Source: a virus
Lineage: Duplodnaviria > Caudoviricetes
Virus record (IMG/VR): IMGVR_UViG_3300026432_000013
Coordinates: 1 to 64,000 of that record
Length of the DNA: 64,000 nucleotides
Direction: 5' to 3' (one strand)
Part shown: positions 1 through 7,906 of the stretch, one piece after another
How the letters are laid out: each line of letters starts with the position of its first letter
How positions within the stretch are numbered: position 1 is the stretch's first letter
Position numbers and translations under genes: made by a program
The notes under the pieces: generated by a model
Told to the model about the DNA's origin: nothing
What the model saw: only the letters and a program-made list of their open reading frames with translations
Databases searched by the model: none

Positions 1-25
1 CTTAAGAGTAGTCTTTTTTAAGCGG

Positions 26-223
26 TTACGCTTTTCGTTGGTAAGTCTTGTCTAGCTCGACTAACAACTTAGCCATGTCAATGTCAGTAGGAACGATTTT
101 AGCAGGTGTGCCACCTAAACCTAAAGCGGTTTTCACACTAGGTACATCAATCTCGTTACCCATGATTTTGACTTGCTTTCCTAAACCAGGAATATACTTA
201 GAACCAGGATATGGTTTTGGCAT
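26..223 (-). CDS. Hypothetical protein, 65 aa
   Basis: Strong SD AAGGAGG upstream; no motif recognised. Confidence 0.8.
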   Translation of the reverse strand: MPKPYPGSKYIPGLGKQVKIMGNEIDVPSVKTALGLGGTPAKIVPTDIDMAKLLVELDKTYQRKA

Positions 224-288
224 GAGAATACCTCCTTATTTGTAATCAAGTATAAAATTCATATCCTGAATGGACAGCTCATATCATA

Positions 289-310
289 GAAAAAGACCCA
301 CTAGGGGTCT
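289..310 (-). terminator. Intrinsic terminator
   Basis: AGACCC-N5-GGGTCT hairpin plus U-tract on minus strand at the stop of 309..620. Confidence 0.7.
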
Positions 311-620
311 ATTTCTTAACTAACTGTAACAGATACTCTTCAGCAGTGAATACTTCAAAAGTGCTACCTAAAGCCTGCTCAATGTCATGTACAGCTATAG
401 GTGGGATGTTGTTCTTAATCAAATGACCACTAGTACCATTAAAGTTCTGTAACAGAGTTCCGTCTATTGTGTGCCCTGCTTGGTTAGTGTCCTTATATTG
501 AATGTGCTCAGTAACTAAATATGTAGCACCAAACCCACCATTCTCAACAATAATACTACCAGCCTCAATCCTTACATCAGATGGCGCAACTTCAGGTTTA
601 ACTACTTGCATATCATCCAC
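309..620 (-). CDS. Hypothetical protein, paralog of 697..1011
   Basis: Shared GxIIVxN...DIExxLGSxFxxxTxEEYxLxLVxK pattern. Confidence 0.8.
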   Translation of the reverse strand: MDDMQVVKPEVAPSDVRIEAGSIIVENGGFGATYLVTEHIQYKDTNQAGHTIDGTLLQNFNGTSGHLIKNNIPPIAVHDIEQALGSTFEVFTAEEYLLQLVKK

Positions 621-696
621 TCCTCAATTAGTATCGTCCAGCAATTATTAATTTCCTTTATATGGAAAAAGTCTCATACCAAAAGAAAAAGCACTC

Positions 697-1011
697 CTAA
701 GAGCGCTTTTGTCTTTTCTTTGCTACTAAGTCTAGCATATATTCTTCCGTTGTGTACAGTGTGAAGTCACTACCTAGAGTACATTCAATATCTCCATAGG
801 TCAGCATTTCGCAAGGTTCAGAATAGTTCCTAGCTATAGAGTAATAACTATCTCCAGCCAGACTCATCAGATATGGGGTATCTTGGTCATCAGGATTTAC
901 TGCTAACAGGTATACTCGTTCAGATTCATTATCAACTATAATAGTTCCAACCCTCTCTGGTAGAGGGGTAGCTCGTTCTATTTTCTTTACAACTGGGATT
1001 CTTATTTCCAT
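697..1011 (-). CDS. Hypothetical protein, paralog of 309..620
   Basis: Same shared pattern; SD upstream. Confidence 0.8.
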   Translation of the reverse strand: MEIRIPVVKKIERATPLPERVGTIIVDNESERVYLLAVNPDDQDTPYLMSLAGDSYYSIARNYSEPCEMLTYGDIECTLGSDFTLYTTEEYMLDLVAKKRQKRS

Positions 1012-1235
1012 TTTGTCTCATCTCCTTTTACTGGTTTCCAGTCTCCTTTATTGTCTATAATCATCATGACTGGTTTCTTGCTCTCATCATTATAGAAGTC
1101 CTCTGCGAAGTATGCAGCCACTACCATCAAGATAGACCCAAAGCAGTAACCCCACCCTCCTTGAGTGAATAGGTAGATTGCTCCACCCATCATACCAAGA
1201 ATGGTAAATAACAGTGTTAGCCTGGCTATTAACAT
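1002..1235 (-). CDS. Small membrane protein (2 TM)
   Basis: Two hydrophobic segments; operon-packed. Confidence 0.75.
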   Translation of the reverse strand: MLIARLTLLFTILGMMGGAIYLFTQGGWGYCFGSILMVVAAYFAEDFYNDESKKPVMMIIDNKGDWKPVKGDETKWK

Positions 1236-1588
1236 TATCCTTCCACCCTTTCTGTCTTAGAACGTAGATACTTCTCCACTTCAGCCCACGTATTTACTAA
1301 TTTCTCCTGCAACTCCATAGGCAATTCACGGATACCTACATCATGAGTAGTCAGTGCAGAACGGTAACGCCTAGCTTCACCGAATAATCGGTAAGATTCG
1401 TCAATATTCTTACTATGCTGCTGTATCTTGATAAACCCCTCTAAACTGTCCACCTGTACAGGTGGCTTTGGGTTTGTGTCATGATAGTATTGTGCTTCCA
1501 TGTGAGATGAAAACTTTAGGGTAATGCCTATCATCTGGAAAGCATTATTTGGGTCTACATGAAACTTCTCACTTAGAAAGGGCTTCAT
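1235..1588 (-). CDS. Hypothetical protein
   Basis: Operon-packed ORF; no motif recognised. Confidence 0.75.
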   Translation of the reverse strand: MKPFLSEKFHVDPNNAFQMIGITLKFSSHMEAQYYHDTNPKPPVQVDSLEGFIKIQQHSKNIDESYRLFGEARRYRSALTTHDVGIRELPMELQEKLVNTWAEVEKYLRSKTERVEG

Positions 1589-1890
1589 GCTCCTGTCACC
1601 TCACTAACTCGAATCTCAACCCAACCCTTATAAGAGTTGTTACAATCTTCCTCAGTATGATATACCACCCGAACAACCCGATAGGTCTTTTCCTCTCCAG
1701 TTCCTTCTCGACTAAATTTCTTATAAGTTAATAGCTCACCTTCTCTTGGTACGAAGGCTAGAGGATTAGTCCAATCATAGTGCTTATTATTATCCCTTGT
1801 AGACCTGTGCCTTCTCTCCCCATCACTATGCTTGTTCAGTAGCTCTCCATCGACAGTAACCAATTCCATTGGCATTGTTCTCATTACCAT
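1585..1890 (-). CDS. Hypothetical protein
   Basis: Operon-packed ORF with SD. Confidence 0.75.
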   Translation of the reverse strand: MVMRTMPMELVTVDGELLNKHSDGERRHRSTRDNNKHYDWTNPLAFVPREGELLTYKKFSREGTGEEKTYRVVRVVYHTEEDCNNSYKGWVEIRVSEVTGA

Positions 1891-1896
1891 CCACTC

Positions 1897-2196
1897 CTAT
1901 CTTTTTAGTACTAATATAAATCCAACCACCATCATACCGCTCCAAGGTAGTGCAAGAATCATGAGGTAGTAGTTCCCAAGTATAGCCGCTAAACACATCC
2001 CCAGCAACCCAACCAGTATACCAACTGTTGCCAGGAATGTAGAAGGGTAGGCTAAATCCTCATTCTTCAGCACATACAGAGCGAAGATACAGTTAATAAT
2101 GATAACTAAAGTTATAACTGCCATGTTGTCTGTGAAGTATGTCATACCTATGCAGATAGTTAACATTAGGGCAAATATTACTTGTCCAATCTTCAT
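1897..2196 (-). CDS. Membrane protein (3-4 TM)
   Basis: Start reassigned to MKIGQ after SD AAGGAG; hydrophobic helices. Confidence 0.75.
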   Translation of the reverse strand: MKIGQVIFALMLTICIGMTYFTDNMAVITLVIIINCIFALYVLKNEDLAYPSTFLATVGILVGLLGMCLAAILGNYYLMILALPWSGMMVVGFILVLKR

Positions 2197-2197
2197 G

Positions 2198-2401
2198 TTA
2201 TTCTCCTTTCTTCTTAACACACATATCGTAGCTAAGTTCGATGTCTTTCATAGTCTGTTCCTTGCCTTGCTCAATACCTGCCTTAACGCCTTTCTCATAA
2301 CCTTTATCATAGAGGGAATCCAAGAGTGCCCATGTTCCTGTACTAGCAAGTATGCAACATATTACCCCAGCAAATGCAGACCAGAAAGCTTGTTTATTCA
2401 T
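2198..2401 (-). CDS. Small membrane-anchored protein
   Basis: N-terminal TM; operon-packed. Confidence 0.75.
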   Translation of the reverse strand: MNKQAFWSAFAGVICCILASTGTWALLDSLYDKGYEKGVKAGIEQGKEQTMKDIELSYDMCVKKKGE

Positions 2402-2699
2402 CCCCTACACCCCTTCTCTTCTTATGGACTTGCTTAGTCAGTGCTAGACTGCCACAAATGCCCAGTATCTCATGGTCAGGCATCTCTTCACACTTACGAA
2501 TGAAATAGTTAAGGTCAAAGTCGGCATTTAGTAGCACTGGGGTACCTTTGCCTTGCTCTACGGGTTGCCCATGCTCGAACTTCTCACCTTTAATGAATAC
2601 CCCTTCATGCTCTCTAGAGTACACTAATTCATGACCATCCATCTTCACGGTAATATTACCATACATTAGAGCTTCTAACACCTTTACGGCTTTTTTCAT
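2394..2699 (-). CDS. Hypothetical protein
   Basis: Start reassigned to MKKAV after SD AAGGAGG. Confidence 0.75.
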   Translation of the reverse strand: MKKAVKVLEALMYGNITVKMDGHELVYSREHEGVFIKGEKFEHGQPVEQGKGTPVLLNADFDLNYFIRKCEEMPDHEILGICGSLALTKQVHKKRRGVGDE

Positions 2700-2812
2700 G
2701 CTTCTTCCTCCTTCTTTTAGCTTTAATCCACTTGTACCCATCATAACATAGTAGAGCAACCACAATTAGTACACATAGTAGAATTATTGTTATGGAACCT
2801 ATGGTTAGAATA

Positions 2813-3058
2813 CTATTCACTCTTCTTTTCCTCCTTCTCTACCATAGACTGTGCCTGACGCACATACATTTCCATGTCACTAGCCCAGTAGTGTCTTCTT
2901 TGAGTACGGACTGCATGTTCGATTGCCACAAGACCTTTTAATACTGCTACTCTAAACTCTTTCTCTGTCATATTCCTAACCTCCCTCGGTTTACTAGGCT
3001 TTCTGTCCTCACCATTATCCCCAACATTACCAAAGAATGGCATCATAATCCTACTCAC
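2813..3058 (-). CDS. Hypothetical protein
   Basis: Operon-packed ORF. Confidence 0.7.
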   Translation of the reverse strand: MSRIMMPFFGNVGDNGEDRKPSKPREVRNMTEKEFRVAVLKGLVAIEHAVRTQRRHYWASDMEMYVRQAQSMVEKEEKKSE

Positions 3059-3299
3059 CTTTCATCAATCCTTTGCACTTAGCAGGTTGTACTAAATCAG
3101 GAGTAATATAACCATCATCAGTTATTAAGTATCTGCAAGTTGTTTCCTTGTCTTCTAGCTTAATTGTTCTGTATGGGGACTCCTCATATTGACCAATAGG
3201 TTTAAATCCTTGTGGGGTCTCCTTATACTCAGGAGGTTTAGGTGGGTCACAAGCCCCCAGTACCATTACACAACCTACCAACAACAATGTCTTCTTCAT
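3051..3299 (-). CDS. Putative lipoprotein
   Basis: MKK plus hydrophobic core plus lipobox LGAC. Confidence 0.7.
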   Translation of the reverse strand: MKKTLLLVGCVMVLGACDPPKPPEYKETPQGFKPIGQYEESPYRTIKLEDKETTCRYLITDDGYITPDLVQPAKCKGLMKGE

Positions 3300-3601
3300 A
3301 CATCAATCACACCTTTCTTAATGATTTCCGTGCTCTCTACTACATAATAGCTTGTCTCTGCTGTACTACGACGAGTAAACTTCATTTCCATACCAGATTC
3401 AGTACCTTTAACATGTACTGTTATCATGCCATCACGTCTATCTGACACATCCAGTACCTCGAACATCTCCCACTTTCTTAGCTTAATTAAGGGTATCCCA
3501 AACAGTTTAACCCACTTTCTTTCACCAGTAGTGCAGAACATGAAATACCCTGGTTTTAAGTGCCAATACAGGCAAGGGTGTGCACCCTTATACTTACTCA
3601 T
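3296..3601 (-). CDS. Hypothetical protein
   Basis: SD AAGGAGG; operon-packed. Confidence 0.75.
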   Translation of the reverse strand: MSKYKGAHPCLYWHLKPGYFMFCTTGERKWVKLFGIPLIKLRKWEMFEVLDVSDRRDGMITVHVKGTESGMEMKFTRRSTAETSYYVVESTEIIKKGVIDV

Positions 3602-3613
3602 TATTTTTCCTCC

Positions 3614-3706
3614 TTACGACATAGTCCATAGTATTGTGCAGATAATTATGATTGAGAGTATCATGCACACTTCCTCTAGCAGACCTTCTGGTTTGTCATG
3701 CTTCAT
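3614..3706 (-). CDS. 30-aa membrane peptide (not in ORF track)
   Basis: MKHDKPEGLLEEVCMILSIIIICTILWTMS; SD GGGGAG; fills gap between neighbours. Confidence 0.55.
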   Translation of the reverse strand: MKHDKPEGLLEEVCMILSIIIICTILWTMS

Positions 3707-3764
3707 CGTCTCCCCCTCCCTTCACATTAAAAGAAGGAGAGAACCAAAAGTCCTCTCCCTCGTA

Positions 3765-4148
3765 TCATTTGGGTCTGATTGTTAGTACTACGTTCTCTAA
3801 AGCTCTAAAGTGGTCGCTACTGCCACCTTCCACACAGGTGTCTAAGCAACAATCCCCCTCTAGAACGTGCTTGCCATGAGCACTAACCAGCTTAAAGCTG
3901 ACTGTCTCAGCTTGCATAAAGCAGTCCATTACTGGAGTAGGGACGACCATTCTCTTAATCTTCAGGTTGCAAGTACCTCTGTATAGGGACGTTATCTGTG
4001 TCTCTATCTGGTGAGGAACTGCCACACCTGCTATCCATAGGTGAGTCTCTGGTGTTATCTCCGTGTCCACTCTGAATTCTGTCATGAATGATAAGTCTAC
4101 TTCTTGATTAGCCATTATATATTCATCTCCAAATAAGTTTTTTGCCAA
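3765..4148 (-). CDS. Hypothetical protein, tandem paralog array member
   Basis: HLWIAGVAVPH motif. Confidence 0.7.
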   Translation of the reverse strand: MAKNLFGDEYIMANQEVDLSFMTEFRVDTEITPETHLWIAGVAVPHQIETQITSLYRGTCNLKIKRMVVPTPVMDCFMQAETVSFKLVSAHGKHVLEGDCCLDTCVEGGSSDHFRALENVVLTIRPK

Positions 4149-4480
4149 GGTCTTAGATAAGGCACAATACGGAATCGTGCTTGTCGTAGATGAACCTTAT
4201 CACCATCACGTTCTACAGAGGTCGCAGCACAGTACTCCGTAAAGCCTTGGTGTAGGGTGTATGGAGTCATACCCACACCATGTGTATGGTGTATAAGGGC
4301 AAAGTGTAATTTGTCCTTTAGCTTATCATAGATATCAGCAGGTAGGGTAATGTAGTGAGTGAAGATATCCCAACTATCCCCATTGACTCTTTCCATGTAG
4401 AAAGGCTTGCCCAGTACTAAATCCTTCTTTTGTGCATGTGGTATATCTACTCCATCAATTGTTAGTGTGGTTATTTCCAT
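4115..4480 (-). CDS. Hypothetical protein, tandem paralog array member
   Basis: TLTIDGVDIPH motif. Confidence 0.8.
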   Translation of the reverse strand: MEITTLTIDGVDIPHAQKKDLVLGKPFYMERVNGDSWDIFTHYITLPADIYDKLKDKLHFALIHHTHGVGMTPYTLHQGFTEYCAATSVERDGDKVHLRQARFRIVPYLRPWQKTYLEMNI

Positions 4481-4818
4481 TAGAGTGCCTCCTCTATTCT
4501 AAATACAGCTTTACTCAGATGAATACTACCCTCTGTGGGATTGTGGCTACTCTCACAATTGATACGTCTAAGCATTCCTTGTGTAGTAATAGCCCCAGTA
4601 GTAGCTCCAAAGTTATAGTGTCGAATTAGCTTAAATGGTAATCCCTCTGCCTGTCTCTCATAGATGTAGGTAGGGATGGTTATATGGTCATTAAATACCT
4701 TAGCCCCACCATCTCCTACAAATTGTACATGAAATACCTTGCCACTTATCAGCATCTCTTCAGCTACGTGGGGAATGTCTAACCCATCAATCGTTAGTAC
4801 ACTGTGAGTTACGTGCAT
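4480..4818 (-). CDS. Hypothetical protein, tandem paralog array member
   Basis: VLTIDGLDIPH motif; start reassigned to MHVTH. Confidence 0.8.
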   Translation of the reverse strand: MHVTHSVLTIDGLDIPHVAEEMLISGKVFHVQFVGDGGAKVFNDHITIPTYIYERQAEGLPFKLIRHYNFGATTGAITTQGMLRRINCESSHNPTEGSIHLSKAVFRIEEAL

Positions 4819-5168
4819 TACTCCACCACCCAACTAGGGTTTACTCTAAGGGTAACTCCACCTATAGTATCCATGTGGTCTAGTGTGTGCCTTGAGTAGT
4901 AGCTAACAGAAGCTAACTTACCGCTAAATGCTCTGTTTGCTATGGAAGAGACTCCTCTACTGCCCTCGGTGACCACTTTCTTAGTATGTGTAGCAGCTAT
5001 CTTCGCCTTACTTCCTTGTAACTGTTTCCAGTCTTCTTCAGGCAATGTCATAGACTTGACATGGATGATAGCCCCTCCATTTGGTGCCATTTCCAGCCTT
5101 AATCCCTCGTGGTCTATCTCCACATCATTAATGTGAAGTGTACTCTTGTCAGTAACAGTAATTCCCAT
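4818..5168 (-). CDS. Hypothetical protein, tandem paralog array member
   Basis: TLHINDVEIDH motif; start reassigned to MGITV after SD AGGAG. Confidence 0.8.
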   Translation of the reverse strand: MGITVTDKSTLHINDVEIDHEGLRLEMAPNGGAIIHVKSMTLPEEDWKQLQGSKAKIAATHTKKVVTEGSRGVSSIANRAFSGKLASVSYYSRHTLDHMDTIGGVTLRVNPSWVVE

Positions 5169-5179
5169 ATTAACTCCTC

Positions 5180-5530
5180 CTAATATAAATGTAATGTAAA
5201 TGATACGTTGTTCAAAACCAACATATCTAGGTCTACCCATTTCTCAGTGTAGCTACTAATGGCTATTCTACCTTCAAACCTAGAAAAGTGCTTCTCAGGT
5301 TCTTCACCAGCATAAGGTGAAGGCTCATATCCCATGTCTACGTCTAGGCATCCATCAGCCCATACGTGATTAGTCAGTACTCCCATAAGCTCCTTTGGAA
5401 AGTACAATCGGTATACTTGGAAATACACTGTCTTATTACGCACTTGAATCTTCATGTCTCCAGGTATAACTATCGGAATGATTATACCGTTGATGTATAG
5501 GGTGTGCTCTGGTGGTTGAATCGTATGCAT
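5180..5530 (-). CDS. Hypothetical protein, tandem paralog array member
   Basis: TLYINGIIIP motif; SD GGGAGG. Confidence 0.8.
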   Translation of the reverse strand: MHTIQPPEHTLYINGIIIPIVIPGDMKIQVRNKTVYFQVYRLYFPKELMGVLTNHVWADGCLDVDMGYEPSPYAGEEPEKHFSRFEGRIAISSYTEKWVDLDMLVLNNVSFTLHLY

Positions 5531-5610
5531 GTTCTCTTCCCTCCTTACTAAAAAGAATGCAAAAGAAAAAAGTTTTCTTTTATACGAAAAAGGAGGTGAC
5601 GTACTTTTTT

Positions 5611-5842
5611 ATAGGGGAGAAATAAGGGGGTGGGGGTTGTAGAAAAGGGGTAGGGGGTGTATTTGGGGAGTGTCGGGGGGATATGGGAAGAACAGGGGGA
5701 GATAGGGGATTGCAAAAGTTTAGATGTGGCGTGTAGAGTGGTCGGGTTGGGGCTGGTGTGAGACTCCAAAAGGAAACGGGACTCCTACCTACGCCAAAAA
5801 AGAAAACTTTAGGGGGTGGGGGGTTTGGTAATAGGGGGGTGG
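5611..5842 (+). repeat. Strand-asymmetric G-tract array
   Basis: G3-G6 runs start at 5614, 5626, 5632, 5647, 5653, 5665, 5675, 5685, 5695, 5705; second cluster 5812-5839. Confidence 0.85.
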
Positions 5843-5845
5843 TGC

Positions 5846-6010
5846 CTACCCACCCCGTACCTCTGGATTCACTGGCTTCACTCCAGCACTAGGGTGTAGC
5901 CAGCTGTCATCTCTTATTGTCTTGCCATCCTTAGTCTTGATTAACCCCTCTTTGCCCTCATGCTTATGCACAGGCTTAACACTCTTGAACTGTCTCAGTT
6001 TATCACTCAT
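5846..6010 (-). CDS. 54-aa protein (not in ORF track)
   Basis: ATGA overlap with the upstream stop; MSDKLRQFKSVKPVHKHEGKEGLIKTKDGKTIRDDSWLHP...; shares KxGKT...WxxP motif with the upstream protein. Confidence 0.65.
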   Translation of the reverse strand: MSDKLRQFKSVKPVHKHEGKEGLIKTKDGKTIRDDSWLHPSAGVKPVNPEVRGG

Positions 6011-7902
6011 CCTGGTAATCCCCTTCCTCCTCGCATTAACATAACCTGTTCATATGTGGATAGACCAGACATACTTGGTAGTTCGTCATCCTCATCAATG
6101 CCGTCTAAGTCCTCTAAGTCTTCATAGTTTAAATCCTCTTGCCCTGTGTCAGCTAGGTAGTCATCAACCTTGTTATCACGTATATTCTCTTGGTGCGCCT
6201 TGCCATCAAGGTTGATATGCTTCTCAGCTTCCCATGAGGACTTACTAGTGAGCATGAATGCCTTGCCTAAGTGGGCTTCACCCTTGAGGTCATGGAAGTT
6301 ATGAGGTGTTAGGTCATACCTGTAACCGTCATCCAGTTCAGCAAACTCCCAAGCATGCTCTAGCTCATCAACACTGTCATACCCACAGGCGTTCATTACT
6401 TTATTCGCATCCCAGCCGTTATTCTCTATGAAGCTCCATAGCTCTGTCCTAGCATTCTCTAGCTCGTAGGAGTCAGCAAAGTCAAAGCCTTTACTCTTGT
6501 CAGCCCAGGCATAAGCACCTATGGTAATGTTAGCATATATGCTTATCTTCACTTTGTTTCCCTTGGATATATGCTTCCACATTTGCTCAGTACGCTCATA
6601 TAGGTTGCCTGCAATACCTATGTTCTGGTAGTCATCCTCCACATCCAGCAGTTCATTATGAACAAGTAGTGTGCCATCCCAGTCACGCCCAACCTTACGT
6701 ATGACACGACCAGCACTGAAGCCATCCTTAGATTTAAGCTTTAGAGTCATATTCCAGTCCACATGGTATCTACCCTTCCCAAAGTCAGACACATCAGGTA
6801 TGACTGATTCTATATGAGCGGTATACTTGCCATCAGGAGAGCTGAACACATGCTCTATAGCAGAAGGAGATAGGTCACCAAACACATCCTTAGCTGACGC
6901 TATAGCAGCGTCTAGGCTACTGTTAAGCCCATGCTTTGTTGCACTCTCGTGTTGGTCATGCAGGTTGCGGTACGTGTCTTTGTCTTGTAACATGTCAGCT
7001 ACTGTATCCTCGTCCATGTTCTCTAACTCATCAAAATCTATATGCTTGGTGATTGCTTCCTTTTTGTTCTTCCCTTTCATCTCTTTCTCTGTTGCTTCCC
7101 TACGCCACTCCCACATATTAGCAATCTTCTCATCATGGTCATACTCACGTGGGTTGTAGTCCTCTGGTGTGCCATATGCAGGCTTCTCATCCTTAGGCTC
7201 TATCACATGCTCTAGTTTTGGCTCTTCTTTAGGTTGCTCTAGCTCTTGCTTATCTGGGTCTGGCTCCATACTCTTAACAGCATTGTACTGTGGGCTGTCC
7301 TCACCATATGTCATCTTGGTTAGCTCTTTGGCTCTCTCCATATCAGCACCATTCATGCCCATAGTAGCCCAACCAATGTCCATTGTAGAGCCTTCATCAA
7401 GCGTCTGTAAGAATGAGCTAGGCAGTTGTTCTGTTAGCTCACCCATACGCTCAGCTTCTAACTCTGTATGCCCAGCATCATTAATCATAGCAGTATGCTG
7501 GAAAAAGTCACCATCATGGATAGCTAAGTACCTGTTAGCACCATGCTTGATGTGGTTATCTATGAACTGTCCACCCATAGCTGACTCCTTAGTCTCAGGT
7601 AGATACACTGGTTGCTTGCTATGCAACTTGTCTTTCAGTGCTCTCTCACTATGAATCCCTTGTGCAGCTAGTGATTGCTTATACTGTGGGTGCTCATTGA
7701 TACCATGTCTCATTGCCTCTTTCAAGTGGTCTTCATTATGAATTGCCCTCATACCGTGACCAGTACTGGCATCCCATGGATTCACCCATTGCATACGGAA
7801 GAACGTCTTACCATTCTTCCCCTTAACCATTACACGCTTACGTGTCAGCTTACCAGTGTTGAGTGTGTGCATCCCTTTGCTTATGTTTATATACAGTTCC
7901 AT
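6007..7902 (-). CDS. Putative internal head protein with C-terminal GNAT acetyltransferase-like domain
   Basis: Start reassigned to MELYI just after the terL stop; GNAT motif A-like VEDDYQNIGIAGNLY and ANITIGAYAW..GF; acidic linker. Confidence 0.55.
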   Translation of the reverse strand: MELYINISKGMHTLNTGKLTRKRVMVKGKNGKTFFRMQWVNPWDASTGHGMRAIHNEDHLKEAMRHGINEHPQYKQSLAAQGIHSERALKDKLHSKQPVYLPETKESAMGGQFIDNHIKHGANRYLAIHDGDFFQHTAMINDAGHTELEAERMGELTEQLPSSFLQTLDEGSTMDIGWATMGMNGADMERAKELTKMTYGEDSPQYNAVKSMEPDPDKQELEQPKEEPKLEHVIEPKDEKPAYGTPEDYNPREYDHDEKIANMWEWRREATEKEMKGKNKKEAITKHIDFDELENMDEDTVADMLQDKDTYRNLHDQHESATKHGLNSSLDAAIASAKDVFGDLSPSAIEHVFSSPDGKYTAHIESVIPDVSDFGKGRYHVDWNMTLKLKSKDGFSAGRVIRKVGRDWDGTLLVHNELLDVEDDYQNIGIAGNLYERTEQMWKHISKGNKVKISIYANITIGAYAWADKSKGFDFADSYELENARTELWSFIENNGWDANKVMNACGYDSVDELEHAWEFAELDDGYRYDLTPHNFHDLKGEAHLGKAFMLTSKSSWEAEKHINLDGKAHQENIRDNKVDDYLADTGQEDLNYEDLEDLDGIDEDDELPSMSGLSTYEQVMLMRGGRGLPG

Positions 7903-7906
7903 ATCA

